Below, one piece after another: positions 1 to 8,356 of a stretch of DNA of 64,000 nt. Both the position numbers and the translations under genes were made by a program. The notes under the pieces were generated by a model. That model saw only the letters and a program-made list of their open reading frames with translations, did no database searches and was not told where the DNA came from. Within the stretch, counting starts at the first letter, position 1; each line of letters opens with the position of its first letter. The DNA is from a virus (taxonomy: Duplodnaviria > Heunggongvirae > Uroviricota > Caudoviricetes): IMG/VR virus record IMGVR_UViG_3300025117_000034. One strand, given 5' to 3'.

Positions 1-457
1 GCTGGATAAGCTGACAGTGCCACCCCTGCCACATGAATGTTTCATTACCTCTCACAGGATGAGGCTCAAAGAAGGTCTCAAGGTTGGCATCAAAGCCCTC
101 CATACTCTCGAGACCACCCCGTAAACTCTTGTCCCATAAGTCCGCAAGTACACGTTCGTTGGCAATGAGACACGGCGCAACACTGCTACTTGCACGATTC
201 CTCCAATTGGTTGGCCGCTTCATCCAGTCATAGCGGAGGAATGCCATCTGTTCCAACCCACCTATGTGATCACCATGCAGATGGGAGATATAGATGTCAT
301 TGATATCATTGACAGAGATACCAGCCCTGTGCAATGCAGCAGGAGCCTGATACCCATAGTCAATGAGCATAGTCCTGCCGCACTCCTCCAGCATGAAACA
401 TTGGTTGAAGTTGACATTACTAAATGCGTTGCCACAGCCCAACACTGTTACTTTCAT
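1..457 (-). CDS. MBL-fold metallo-hydrolase (partial; C-terminus beyond window start)
   Basis: Own minus-strand translation from ATG ~457 gives MKVTVLGCGNAFS...ISHLHGDHIGG, with the HxHxDH metallo-beta-lactamase motif. AGGAG RBS 8 nt upstream. No stop before the window edge. Starts 4 nt after the JAB gene stop. Confidence 0.55.
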   Translation of the reverse strand, partial: MKVTVLGCGNAFSNVNFNQCFMLEECGRTMLIDYGYQAPAALHRAGISVNDINDIYISHLHGDHIGGLEQMAFLRYDWMKRPTNWRNRASSSVAPCLIANERVLADLWDKSLRGGLESMEGFDANLETFFEPHPVRGNETFMWQGWHCQLIQ

Positions 458-460
458 AGA

Positions 461-1660
461 TTACACTCCTGTGTGCTCATTAGGTGATTCAATATTTATG
501 TCCTTGTACACTGACGTGAACAGATCAACTGCATCAATGACATTAACGCACGTCCCGCAGTAGTGGCCACCAAGGCATTCCTTGCCCTCACCGCACATAG
601 GCAATGAACCTTCAAGGTTGTAAGCCTTGTAACCCTTGCTGTCAAAGATACTCTTGACCCAATCTGCGAGCTTGTTATTGTGCTTGCAGTCAAAGCAGTC
701 ATTCACACAACCTACGTTACAATTTGCGCAGAAGTGGATATCTGTTTCGGGGGGTGCACTTTCAGCAACCGTCCCGTCCATCGGGTATTCGTCGTCAAAG
801 TTTTCGACAACCGTAACATGCGGGTTAGCATTATCTCGAAAGTTCCCCCGCGTGACGCGGCTCCCCGTGAAAACGTCGTTGTCATACCCGTCCCAGTCAC
901 GCTGCCCATGATACCCAGCAAGAAGACTGCCTTGTGAAGGCGGGGTATACGGTGGGTAGTTGTATGTAGGCTTGACAATGCGCTCAATGTAGTCCGTGAC
1001 CACATCCTTGACCTGTGCATACTCAATGTTGACCTTGATATTCTTGTAGAGGAACTTGCCACAAGGAGTCATGGCCTTGGCAGTGGCAACATAGTTGATC
1101 TCACTGCCCTTCTTGGACAGGACAATGCTATAGTTATAGAGGTTGCGGCACTGCAGATCATCCTGGCCACTATGGAACGACCCCATATCATTGTGGCTAT
1201 GCACCACACCATTGAAACCAGACCCGTCACCATCCACGATTTCCACCATGGTCTTGGTAACTTTCTGCTTCGGGAAGTCCCACTCGGTAATAACACCAGC
1301 ATCATTGACGTTATAGATCATCAACCATTCGTCAGTGGGCAAACGATTCATAAGGTCAGCCCAGATTGCCCACAGCTCAGGAGGAACCACAAGGTCTTTC
1401 GGTGTGGTTGCCTCACTGCAGGCGGTGATACAGGCACTCTTGATACCCAGCGCATCCTTGATACTCTGTTTAGCAGGGTCAGCAACGGTAGTGGCAGCAG
1501 GCGGCATAAGAGAACTCTCCCTTCCAGTAGTGTTAGCAGGCTGTCTGAATCCAACAACACGGGGTGCCGGAGCAGGCGCACCTGCAGCTTTAATGTATTT
1601 CATGTTAGTCTCCACTCTCCTTTTTTCTAAAGCCTTCTTCCAGGCTTTTTTCCTTCCCAT
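461..1660 (-). CDS. JAB/MPN (JAMM) metalloprotease with C-terminal Cys-rich zinc-finger region
   Basis: Has E...HSH-x7-S-x2-D (MVEIV...VVHSHNDMGSFHSGQDD), an exact JAMM motif. C-terminal CxxC/CxxxC clusters. AAGGGG RBS. Follows the E1 gene by 12 nt. Confidence 0.8.
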   Translation of the reverse strand: MGRKKAWKKALEKRRVETNMKYIKAAGAPAPAPRVVGFRQPANTTGRESSLMPPAATTVADPAKQSIKDALGIKSACITACSEATTPKDLVVPPELWAIWADLMNRLPTDEWLMIYNVNDAGVITEWDFPKQKVTKTMVEIVDGDGSGFNGVVHSHNDMGSFHSGQDDLQCRNLYNYSIVLSKKGSEINYVATAKAMTPCGKFLYKNIKVNIEYAQVKDVVTDYIERIVKPTYNYPPYTPPSQGSLLAGYHGQRDWDGYDNDVFTGSRVTRGNFRDNANPHVTVVENFDDEYPMDGTVAESAPPETDIHFCANCNVGCVNDCFDCKHNNKLADWVKSIFDSKGYKAYNLEGSLPMCGEGKECLGGHYCGTCVNVIDAVDLFTSVYKDINIESPNEHTGV

Positions 1661-1671
1661 AAGTGCACCCC

Positions 1672-2775
1672 TTATTGGACGTTAACACCTGCAGCTTGGA
1701 ATTTCGGCTTGAGCAGCTCCATTGCCTGCTTGAGAGCATCCCACTTTTGCTGCTGGAAAATAGTGGTGGGCAAAGTATTGACCATCTCCTGACAGTCAAA
1801 GGAGGCAAATGCATGGATGATGGTAGTATTGGTTACGGAGTGTTCCGGCTCAGCATCAAGAAGACGAGCTCGGATTTCTTCGTCATACCTGCCACGAGCT
1901 AAACAGTCATGTATGTCATCATCCCAATTGCCTTCACGTATCAGATCAGAAACACTATCAGGTGAGTAGTACTCGCAGTTATCACAGTCGCCACGGTTAC
2001 AGTTGTCACAATCACCACGATGGCAATCATCACAATGACCGAGCTTCTTGTTCGCCATTACTTTGGCTTCGGCTTGCACCATGCAAGTATCCGTGAGACA
2101 ATCCTTGACAGCCTCCATAACGAAGTCGGTCACCATGGAACTGTTGCCCATGGCGAGCATGCGCATATCCTCAGTGAAGTTGACCTCACCAGCCATAACA
2201 CTGAACACCGCAAGGGATGCAGCGGTGGCGGCAGGGATTGACCACGACGGAGTAATGGTGTAACCGTTGGTCTCCTCATCAGAGAACGTGAACGGGAATG
2301 CACGGCTGACATTCAGAGTAATACCGTCGTACCCGCACCGCTGATACTGGATGTTATTCTGGCGGCACCACTTGTTAAGCAGCTGCTGTGACTTGACATT
2401 ATCCGTGCAACAGAAGATAACGCTGGCCTCATCAAGGATTGCCACGTTCTCATCAGTGATCTTTTCCTGGTAGCAGGAAACGCTGCAGTCAGGGCGAATC
2501 TTACGGATGAAATTGCGCAGCACCTCGGTCTTGAAACTCCCCACCGCACCTGATTCAAAGGGGAGGCGGTTCAGATTACTGGTCTCCAGCTTATCCATGT
2601 CGTACAATTCAAGGCTCGGGCACCCACTCATAGCCAGGAAGATTGCCACCCAGCTGCCAGTGCCACCGCAACCAACCACCACAGCCCTTGTCGGGACATT
2701 CAGAGGACGACCCAGAGCCGATTCAAGAGCAGTTTGACGTTCGTACAAAGCTCCTTCAACACGAGTAGTTTCCAT
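1672..2775 (-). CDS. E1-like adenylyltransferase (ThiF/MoeB/E1 superfamily) with C-terminal CxxC zinc motif
   Basis: VVVGCGGTGSWVAIFLAMSG...LYDMDKLETSNLNRLPF matches the ThiF Rossmann and D-x-D...SNLNRQ signature. C-terminal CDDCHRGDCDNCNRGDCDNC. Start moved to METTRV (GGAGG RBS) just after the upstream stop. Confidence 0.85.
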   Translation of the reverse strand: METTRVEGALYERQTALESALGRPLNVPTRAVVVGCGGTGSWVAIFLAMSGCPSLELYDMDKLETSNLNRLPFESGAVGSFKTEVLRNFIRKIRPDCSVSCYQEKITDENVAILDEASVIFCCTDNVKSQQLLNKWCRQNNIQYQRCGYDGITLNVSRAFPFTFSDEETNGYTITPSWSIPAATAASLAVFSVMAGEVNFTEDMRMLAMGNSSMVTDFVMEAVKDCLTDTCMVQAEAKVMANKKLGHCDDCHRGDCDNCNRGDCDNCEYYSPDSVSDLIREGNWDDDIHDCLARGRYDEEIRARLLDAEPEHSVTNTTIIHAFASFDCQEMVNTLPTTIFQQQKWDALKQAMELLKPKFQAAGVNVQ

Positions 2776-2779
2776 TATA

Positions 2780-3535
2780 CTATGTAACCTCCCCTTCTTT
2801 CTTGGTTTCTTTCTTATCAACCTTACCGAAGAACTCCTCAACACCAGTGGTCAGCTTGATGATACCCTTCTCTGCCAGATCATTGATGTTGCGCATCCCA
2901 CCATGAGTTCCAGGGCCAATGATCTTCTCAAAGGAAGGGAGCTTAAGCAGGTTATAGCTGCCACCAAGAGAAGACATATTGATTGTCTTGAGCATGCTAC
3001 GAACTTTCTTGCTGCGCTCCACTATGTCAGCATAGCTCTTGGGAGCAGGACGAATATAGGAGCTGAGTTCACCCACGCACAGAAGCTTTTCTGAGGAGTC
3101 ACCATCCCTGTCACGGACACCAAAGTTGTTGTGGAAGTGCGAGCCGACATAAGGCCACTGGGTGAAGTAGACATACTCACCGTTCGGTTCATACACTGCA
3201 CCAATGTACCCATTGAATACTGCAGGCTCAACCATCTTCCAACGCTTGCCATAGCTGTCCAGGATATACTCAATGCGAAGTTCACCTGTGTAGCCAACAA
3301 CGCACATGTAGTTACCCTTGTAGAAACGCACAGGGATCTCAGGACTGTTAATAACTGAGGGCATATTAAACTTTGACTTGCGCAGCTCCCGCATAGCCGC
3401 ATTGATCTGCTCCAGCTTGCCTTTAAATAAACGAGCTAATGAGGGAATGGGTACAGGCTTGTCCATTTCCTTGAATACTTCGACTGTCATGGTCTGCGGA
3501 GAACCATCAGCGGTGTCTTCCTCTTCGTCAGCCAT
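2780..3535 (-). CDS. hypothetical protein; candidate E2/UBC-like fold (HxHNN...LLC)
   Basis: N-terminal helix, then a beta-rich core, then SHFHNNFG...EKLLCVGEL resembling UBC HPN...ICLDIL with a longer insert. Sits between the MIB/HERC2 and E1 genes. Start chosen at MADEEED (GGAGG RBS). Confidence 0.4.
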   Translation of the reverse strand: MADEEEDTADGSPQTMTVEVFKEMDKPVPIPSLARLFKGKLEQINAAMRELRKSKFNMPSVINSPEIPVRFYKGNYMCVVGYTGELRIEYILDSYGKRWKMVEPAVFNGYIGAVYEPNGEYVYFTQWPYVGSHFHNNFGVRDRDGDSSEKLLCVGELSSYIRPAPKSYADIVERSKKVRSMLKTINMSSLGGSYNLLKLPSFEKIIGPGTHGGMRNINDLAEKGIIKLTTGVEEFFGKVDKKETKKEGEVT

Positions 3536-4610
3536 TGCCCTGACCTCCAACTCCATTTATTTCCCACACATGCTCAAACCTGAACTGACCCTGCAGCTGA
3601 GAATCCTTGTTAACACCATGAATAGCGGCAGATCTCTTGTCACGGAGCATAACCATGAATGTGTTGCACAGACCTGCAGACTTTGCCCCATTCATAAGAC
3701 GAACTAGCACTTCCCTGACACGCTTGTTCCCAAGGTCATACAACGGGACACCAAACGCTATGAGCATGACAGACTTGCCCTCACGGTAACGCTTGAATCC
3801 CTTGAGAGCTTTCTCCACCAGCTTTTTATGCTCTTTCTCAGCAGCTTCATTGGTTGAAATCACCTTGGAGTTGATAGCATCAGCAGCTTCCTTGCGCTTG
3901 GCTGCTATCTTTGCTGCATCGTGCTTGGTAACACAGCAGATATGCTTCTTAGCATCATTGTAGGCGTAGTAATAGCTGGCAGTATTGCCCCACATCACCT
4001 CAATGTTATAGATCGTTCCATCCTGTGAGGTGAAATTACGACCTACACCAATCACCCTGCCCTTGCCAGGCTTGCCATTGGTGAAATCCTGATTGCCATA
4101 GCTCCAGTCCCTGCCACGGCGAACCATCATACCAACCTTAAGCTCGGCAGGGTAGTCATCATCGGGAAGCTCAGGAGTTTCCTCCTTCTTTTCGACAGGC
4201 TTCGGTTCCTCCACAACAACGGCAGGAGCTGGGTCGTCATCAGCAAACGGATCAGGATCTTCCACTACTGCAGGTGCCGGAGTGACCAGCACAAAGTCCT
4301 GACGTTCACCACCATACAAGTAACTGTCAGTTCTGTCATTACTATCCCAACGGATTCTGTACCAACGTGAACCAGGGTAGTCTCTGTTGTCTCTTCCTAA
4401 CTCGATAATCTCACCGGCCTGCTCAACACCATGGTAATGATCCTGTGTACCCCATTGCCAGGTAAAACCACGACGAACACGGTCACCAACAGCAGGTACC
4501 CACGGTGTTGCAGCCGGTTCCTGCTGTTGAGCAGGGGCACTGTCAGCCACCGGAGGAGCCACTACTGCTGCCGGTACAGGTGCAGCTGCTGTCAAATCAC
4601 TTAGGCGCAT
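3528..4610 (-). CDS. tandem MIB/HERC2-domain protein with Ala/Pro-rich linker and unknown C-terminal domain
   Basis: Two copies of G.RVRRG..W.WG.QD..G....G.V...........Y...W (VGDRVRRGFTWQWGTQDHYHG... and VGMMVRRGRDWSYGNQDFTNG...) match the MIB/HERC2 consensus. Start MRLSDL with GGGAGGTGG RBS. Confidence 0.8.
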   Translation of the reverse strand: MRLSDLTAAAPVPAAVVAPPVADSAPAQQQEPAATPWVPAVGDRVRRGFTWQWGTQDHYHGVEQAGEIIELGRDNRDYPGSRWYRIRWDSNDRTDSYLYGGERQDFVLVTPAPAVVEDPDPFADDDPAPAVVVEEPKPVEKKEETPELPDDDYPAELKVGMMVRRGRDWSYGNQDFTNGKPGKGRVIGVGRNFTSQDGTIYNIEVMWGNTASYYYAYNDAKKHICCVTKHDAAKIAAKRKEAADAINSKVISTNEAAEKEHKKLVEKALKGFKRYREGKSVMLIAFGVPLYDLGNKRVREVLVRLMNGAKSAGLCNTFMVMLRDKRSAAIHGVNKDSQLQGQFRFEHVWEINGVGGQGNG

Positions 4611-4830
4611 CTTCCACCTCCCCACCATAGATACTCATTATCAAGCTCATTGAAACCTCAGCCCATCGTACAAAGTCAGGGAGGTAAATGTAACCACCCT
4701 TTATATCCTTGACCATATCCATACCCTCTTCGATATGATCGGCTATCTCATCAATTTCGTCATCATCAGGTGGGGCAGACTCAGCCGACACCAGCGGACT
4801 GGGCTTCCCGTTCAGTTGTGCCATATTCAT
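4597..4830 (-). CDS. small acidic hypothetical protein
   Basis: ORF track, 77 aa, D/E-rich. First gene of the colinear run feeding into the MIB/HERC2 operon. Confidence 0.5.
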   Translation of the reverse strand: MNMAQLNGKPSPLVSAESAPPDDDEIDEIADHIEEGMDMVKDIKGGYIYLPDFVRWAEVSMSLIMSIYGGEVEDAPK

Positions 4831-4846
4831 GATGTTTGGTTACCTC

Positions 4847-5086
4847 CTAGAAACTACCGAGTGTACTTTTAGCCATCGTGATAAGCTTGATGCCGAGTTC
4901 CATAAAGTGTTTGGCATCCTGTGTGGGATCACCAGTGTCAATGCTTTCAGCGAGCTCAATGATCTCGTCAAAAATGGCACCAATATCCTGAGTATCGTTG
5001 TCCTCCTCGTTGTCCTCCTCGTTACCGTCCTCGTCAATGTTCTCGTTGTAATTGCTATGCAGATCACTCAAGCGCATAATAGTCAT
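4847..5086 (-). CDS. small highly acidic hypothetical protein (MRLSDL N-terminus)
   Basis: ORF track. Start moved to MTIMRLSDL after an AGGAGG RBS. Shares the MRLSDL N-terminus with the MIB/HERC2 protein. Confidence 0.45.
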   Translation of the reverse strand: MTIMRLSDLHSNYNENIDEDGNEEDNEEDNDTQDIGAIFDEIIELAESIDTGDPTQDAKHFMELGIKLITMAKSTLGSF

Positions 5087-5317
5087 TGTGTTTCCTCCTG
5101 GGCTATGCCCTATTCCTTTGTCCACCATCCAGCTCTGTTCTCTTCAACCAAACCCACGGTAACTGTCTGACCTGTAACATCACATTGACCTGTCTGTAGA
5201 TTCAATGTTGCACTCGGCTTGCCACATGGGCACATATCCAAACCAGAGTGATTATAAGACCACCTGCTGTACTTGTCAACAGCGCACTCCTTAGTTGAGT
5301 GACTACACACTAACAAC

Positions 5318-5560
5318 CTAGGCTTGCTGTCCACTTGAATTTCCCTCCGCATTATTAAACACATGCTCATTGCCGAAGAAAGGAACACACAGCAACTGCT
5401 TAATGCCGTGACAATCCATGGGAATCTTGTTGCAATGAATCTTGTCATCTTTGTGCGGCTTGGCATGGGGACAGGATGCCCCCTTGTCCAGTGATGCACA
5501 GCCCTGCGGACTTATCCTTCCCTGACAAATGTACAGTTGTTCTTCAGCACCACTCACCAT
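5318..5560 (-). CDS. Cys-rich mini-protein, NMV(I/L)P family member (divergent)
   Basis: 80 aa, 8 Cys. C-terminal LLCVPFFGNEHVFNN resembles the family motif. Confidence 0.45.
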   Translation of the reverse strand: MVSGAEEQLYICQGRISPQGCASLDKGASCPHAKPHKDDKIHCNKIPMDCHGIKQLLCVPFFGNEHVFNNAEGNSSGQQA

Positions 5561-5810
5561 TTTGGTCTCCTTTGTTTTCAGGATCGTGTAACAACTTTGG
5601 AATTACCATGTTATCAGCATAGGGCAGACACTTGAAGAAAGGTGTTTTTCCACCAAGCTTTATGCCCCATGTACACATACCTGGTGTGTCACAATATGCA
5701 GTGCATACATGTGGAACTCTATGCCCACACCTTGCATTATGCGTTGGAGAGTGGACACAATGGCCCTGAGCTCTCCCGACACATACCATAAGCTTCTGCT
5801 CAGCATTCAA
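5544..5810 (-). CDS. Cys-rich mini-protein, NMV(I/L)P family
   Basis: 88 aa. C-terminal CLPYADNMVIPKLL. Confidence 0.55.
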   Translation of the reverse strand: MNAEQKLMVCVGRAQGHCVHSPTHNARCGHRVPHVCTAYCDTPGMCTWGIKLGGKTPFFKCLPYADNMVIPKLLHDPENKGDQNGEWC

Positions 5811-6043
5811 GGTTTGCCCACCTCCTTAGGCAGCACCATGTTATCAGCGCATGGTACACACACAGTTTTTACTATTGGCTCACTTACCCAACCACATATC
5901 TCCACATATGTGCACTCAGCACCCTGAAGCTTGTGAGGACCTCTGTGTACACATCGTATAGTATCTCCAAGTGTGGCCACTCCTTCTCTGCAATGCCCAG
6001 ACAACCATCCCGTGCACACATACCATTTAGTATCATCGCTCAA
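5807..6043 (-). CDS. Cys-rich mini-protein, NMV(I/L)P family
   Basis: 78 aa. C-terminal CVPCADNMVLPKEVGKP. ATGA-type junction with neighbours. Confidence 0.55.
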   Translation of the reverse strand: MSDDTKWYVCTGWLSGHCREGVATLGDTIRCVHRGPHKLQGAECTYVEICGWVSEPIVKTVCVPCADNMVLPKEVGKP

Positions 6044-6270
6044 CTATGACCACCCCCGTCCTTTGGAACTATGAAGTTATGTGGTGCATCTACCAAGTAA
6101 CGATCTCGTATAACAGATCGGTCACATAAAAGACTGTACCTCTTCCTGCCGTCAGGCTCTGTTATAGCTTGGGAAATGAATCCAGGATCTATCATTACTC
6201 TCCCACCACACTCTAAACATTTCTGGTCTATACCAAGCTGACCACACACTAAGTACTTTCCAATGACCAT
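6040..6270 (-). CDS. Cys-rich mini-protein (divergent, APHNFIVPKDGG)
   Basis: 76 aa, CxxC pairs. AGGAG RBS. Confidence 0.5.
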   Translation of the reverse strand: MVIGKYLVCGQLGIDQKCLECGGRVMIDPGFISQAITEPDGRKRYSLLCDRSVIRDRYLVDAPHNFIVPKDGGGHS

Positions 6271-6275
6271 AATAC

Positions 6276-6425
6276 CTAGCTCCTGAGTTCAACTTCAATG
6301 TCATCAAGGAGTTTCTGGACACTCTTGCAATACTCTTTCTTGATCTTCTGCTGCTTGTATAGTACCATGAGATCTTCAAGGAATAACCTCAGACGAATAA
6401 GCAGATCACGTGTTTGTGGTGTCAT
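6276..6425 (-). CDS. small ORF (~49 aa) below the track cutoff, ATGA-coupled
   Basis: Own translation MTPQTRDLLIRLRLFLEDLMVLYKQQKIKKEYCKSVQKLLDDIEVELRS. Its ATG overlaps the TGA of 6422..6685. Confidence 0.4.
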   Translation of the reverse strand: MTPQTRDLLIRLRLFLEDLMVLYKQQKIKKEYCKSVQKLLDDIEVELRS

Positions 6426-6685
6426 TTTAGAACCCCTTTCTCCTTAAGCCACTCACCTCTCATACCACCTTTTGGTATAACCATGTTATCATAGAACTGT
6501 ATCATTGGAACATATATTGGTTTAATAGAGCTATTGGTAAACCTCCAACAGGTGCGTTTGTCTCCAGGCTTAATAGACTTCCCAGCAAACCATATTGCAG
6601 GACGGGGTTGTGCGTATGAGCAGTTAGCACTTCTACAGTACTCACTTACATAGGCACAGATGTACGTTTCAGTACCGTGATACAT
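6422..6685 (-). CDS. Cys-rich mini-protein, NMV(I/L)P family
   Basis: 87 aa. MIQFYDNMVIPKGG. Confidence 0.55.
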   Translation of the reverse strand: MYHGTETYICAYVSEYCRSANCSYAQPRPAIWFAGKSIKPGDKRTCWRFTNSSIKPIYVPMIQFYDNMVIPKGGMRGEWLKEKGVLK

Positions 6686-6941
6686 CTATGTCCACCCCCT
6701 TGCTCTTGACCCAGTTAAAATAATGGTCACCCTCAGGTATAGCCATGTTGTCATAGTACTGGATAAGTGGAACTCTGAAATTCTTAATGTCACAACCACG
6801 TGTTTCACCAGGTTTAACACTGGTGCCCATGAACCAGTCTTCAGGCTTCTCTCTTGCGTATACACATACACCAGTGCTTTTACAATATTCACTTACATAG
6901 GCACAGATGAACCATTTAGTTTCTGATTCAGGATTAGGCAT
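6669..6941 (-). CDS. Cys-rich mini-protein, NMV(I/L)P family
   Basis: 90 aa. LIQYYDNMAIPEGDHY. Paralog of 6422..6685 (ICAYVSEYC shared). Confidence 0.55.
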   Translation of the reverse strand: MPNPESETKWFICAYVSEYCKSTGVCVYAREKPEDWFMGTSVKPGETRGCDIKNFRVPLIQYYDNMAIPEGDHYFNWVKSKGVDIDVSRY

Positions 6942-6998
6942 AGGTACTCCTTGATGATGTTGGGTGATTGGTGTAAACTACTGGGGTGAAAAGAGTTA

Positions 6999-7081
6999 TG
7001 GAGCGCACGACTGGGATCGAACCAGCATTTTCAGCTCCTGTTACGATTAACTGCTTAGAAGGCAGACTCGGCTACGTGCGC
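6999..7081 (-). tRNA. tRNA-like element with aberrant cloverleaf (possible tRNA-Arg TCT or pseudo-tRNA)
   Basis: RC gives a 7-bp acceptor stem GCGCACG/CGTGCGC, T-arm GCTGG-TTCGATC-CCAGT and an encoded CCA. The only anticodon-like hairpin is CTGC-CTTCTAA-GCAG (TCT). No D-arm can be formed. Confidence 0.45.
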
Positions 7082-7086
7082 GTTAT

Positions 7087-7551
7087 TCAAGACTTTAACC
7101 AGTGACGTATGGCATTATCAGAGACACCATATTTTCTACCTGTACCACAATATCCTAGTAATTCTACATCATTAAGCAGCATGGCAACAGAAGGTCTTTC
7201 AGCCCTTCTTTGTGATAGTCCCCAGCATTTAACGCTGCAGTACTTTTTGCTATCAATACCACAAACTGAACCACATACAGGACAAATAATAGTTTCTCTT
7301 CTAACCGGATTATGAAGTGCGCAGTGTTGGGAACTGCTGAGAACTTCTAGGTTGGCTCTAGAGTTATTTAGCTTATCTCCATCCTTGTGGTGTACGTGCT
7401 CATCTTTTCTAAGCCATCTCCCCAAGTACATCGAGGCAGCATGCCTATGATAGTACACTTTACCGTTACTAGACAAAGGGTGACCACTGTCCATAAAGTA
7501 CATGTACCCAGTACCAGTATCTAACCTTTGTTTTATGTCTTTATAATACAT
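7087..7551 (-). CDS. HNH homing endonuclease
   Basis: HHKDGDKLNNSRANLEVLSSSQHCALH is an HNH motif. Zn-binding CPVCG...C.VKC. Sits between two tRNA genes. Confidence 0.75.
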   Translation of the reverse strand: MYYKDIKQRLDTGTGYMYFMDSGHPLSSNGKVYYHRHAASMYLGRWLRKDEHVHHKDGDKLNNSRANLEVLSSSQHCALHNPVRRETIICPVCGSVCGIDSKKYCSVKCWGLSQRRAERPSVAMLLNDVELLGYCGTGRKYGVSDNAIRHWLKS

Positions 7552-7587
7552 GCTTATATTATACCATCAACAATGAACTATTTAAAG

Positions 7588-7663
7588 TGGTGGGCAAAGA
7601 CAGAATTGAACTGTCATTGACGACTTATGAGGACGCTGTTCTAAACCATTGAACTATTTGCCC
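7588..7663 (-). tRNA. tRNA-Met (anticodon CAT)
   Basis: RC: GGGCAAA-TA-GTTC-AATGGTTTA-GAAC-A-GCGTC-CTCATAA-GTCGT-CAAT-GACAG-TTCAATT-CTGTC-TTTGCCC-A-CCA. Full cloverleaf with one T-T mismatch in the anticodon stem. Confidence 0.65.
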
Positions 7664-7722
7664 TTAGAGAGGGGGCTGACCCTCGCTGGAGCCAGCCCCC
7701 AACACGTTACTACCTTACAGAA

Positions 7723-8226
7723 CTAGCCCAGGCAGATACCAGCCTTGACCGACTTGCGCACTTCAATCTCATGACCATTGAACACCGCCGGAAGGTCACC
7801 AACCTCGTCCACTTCCTCGCCATTCAGAATGATCGAGAACGAATCAACACCCTGCGAGGCAATGTCAGCCTTCAAGCGCGGCAGCACTTCGTCCGTCGGA
7901 AGAACGGTGATCTCACGGCCAAACAGCGTGTACGAAGTGCGGCTCGCAGCACCCGACAGATCACCCATGCTCATCTCCGCACCAGCCTTGACCGACTTGC
8001 GCACTTCGATGCTGTGGCCATTGAAGATAGCGGGCATATCCCCAACCTCATCAACTTCCTCGCCGTTCAGAACGATGCTGAAGCTGTCAACACCCGCAGC
8101 GGCAATGTCAGCCTTCAGGCGCGGCAGGACCTCATCCGACGGCTGCACCGTAACGTTGCGACCAAACAGCACATAGGTCGTCGTGTTCGTCGTGCCAGCC
8201 AGGTCCTGCATGTTCATGTTCGCCAT
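7723..8226 (-). CDS. tandem beta-grasp (ThiS/MoaD/ubiquitin-like) domain protein, 2 repeats each ending ...VRKSVKAG
   Basis: Two ~80-aa repeats (Y.LFGR..TV...DEVLPRLKADIA..GVDSFSI.LNGEEVDEVGD.PA.FNGH.IEVRKSVKAG). The beta-hairpin, helix, then LNGEEV...IEV...V.AG layout is like ThiS/MoaD. GAGGAG RBS. Confidence 0.5.
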   Translation of the reverse strand: MANMNMQDLAGTTNTTTYVLFGRNVTVQPSDEVLPRLKADIAAAGVDSFSIVLNGEEVDEVGDMPAIFNGHSIEVRKSVKAGAEMSMGDLSGAASRTSYTLFGREITVLPTDEVLPRLKADIASQGVDSFSIILNGEEVDEVGDLPAVFNGHEIEVRKSVKAGICLG

Positions 8227-8356
8227 GTAAATCTCTCCTCGTTACAACTAAGTTCTGCCACCAAGGGTAGCAGGTTTGAATCCTACATCTATAGCTTGTA
8301 ATGAACAGTTATATGTTACGTGCCATCCTACCCTCCCCCAGGACAGATACTACATA

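Noticed and set aside
2780-3535. Reading the 258-aa protein as a ubiquitin-like precursor because of an internal SLGG
   Set aside because: There is no beta-grasp-like N-terminal layout. The topology is more consistent with a UBC-like fold. The ThiS-like genes at 7723..8575 are better Ubl candidates.
5110-5499. 129-aa ORF overlapping a Cys-rich family member in another frame
   Set aside because: The overlapping 5318..5560 frame carries the family motif. Only the C-terminal third of this ORF is non-overlapping, and it has no convincing start.
6999-7081. tmRNA 3' domain
   Set aside because: The 5' acceptor strand is only about 80 nt from the CCA end, and there is no room for a tag-encoding pseudoknot region.
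7771-8301. Plus-strand ORFs 7771..8301 and 7778..8176 over the tandem beta-grasp gene
   Set aside because: Antisense of a repetitive gene. The minus-strand frame has the RBS, the internal repeat and a paralog at 8357..8575.
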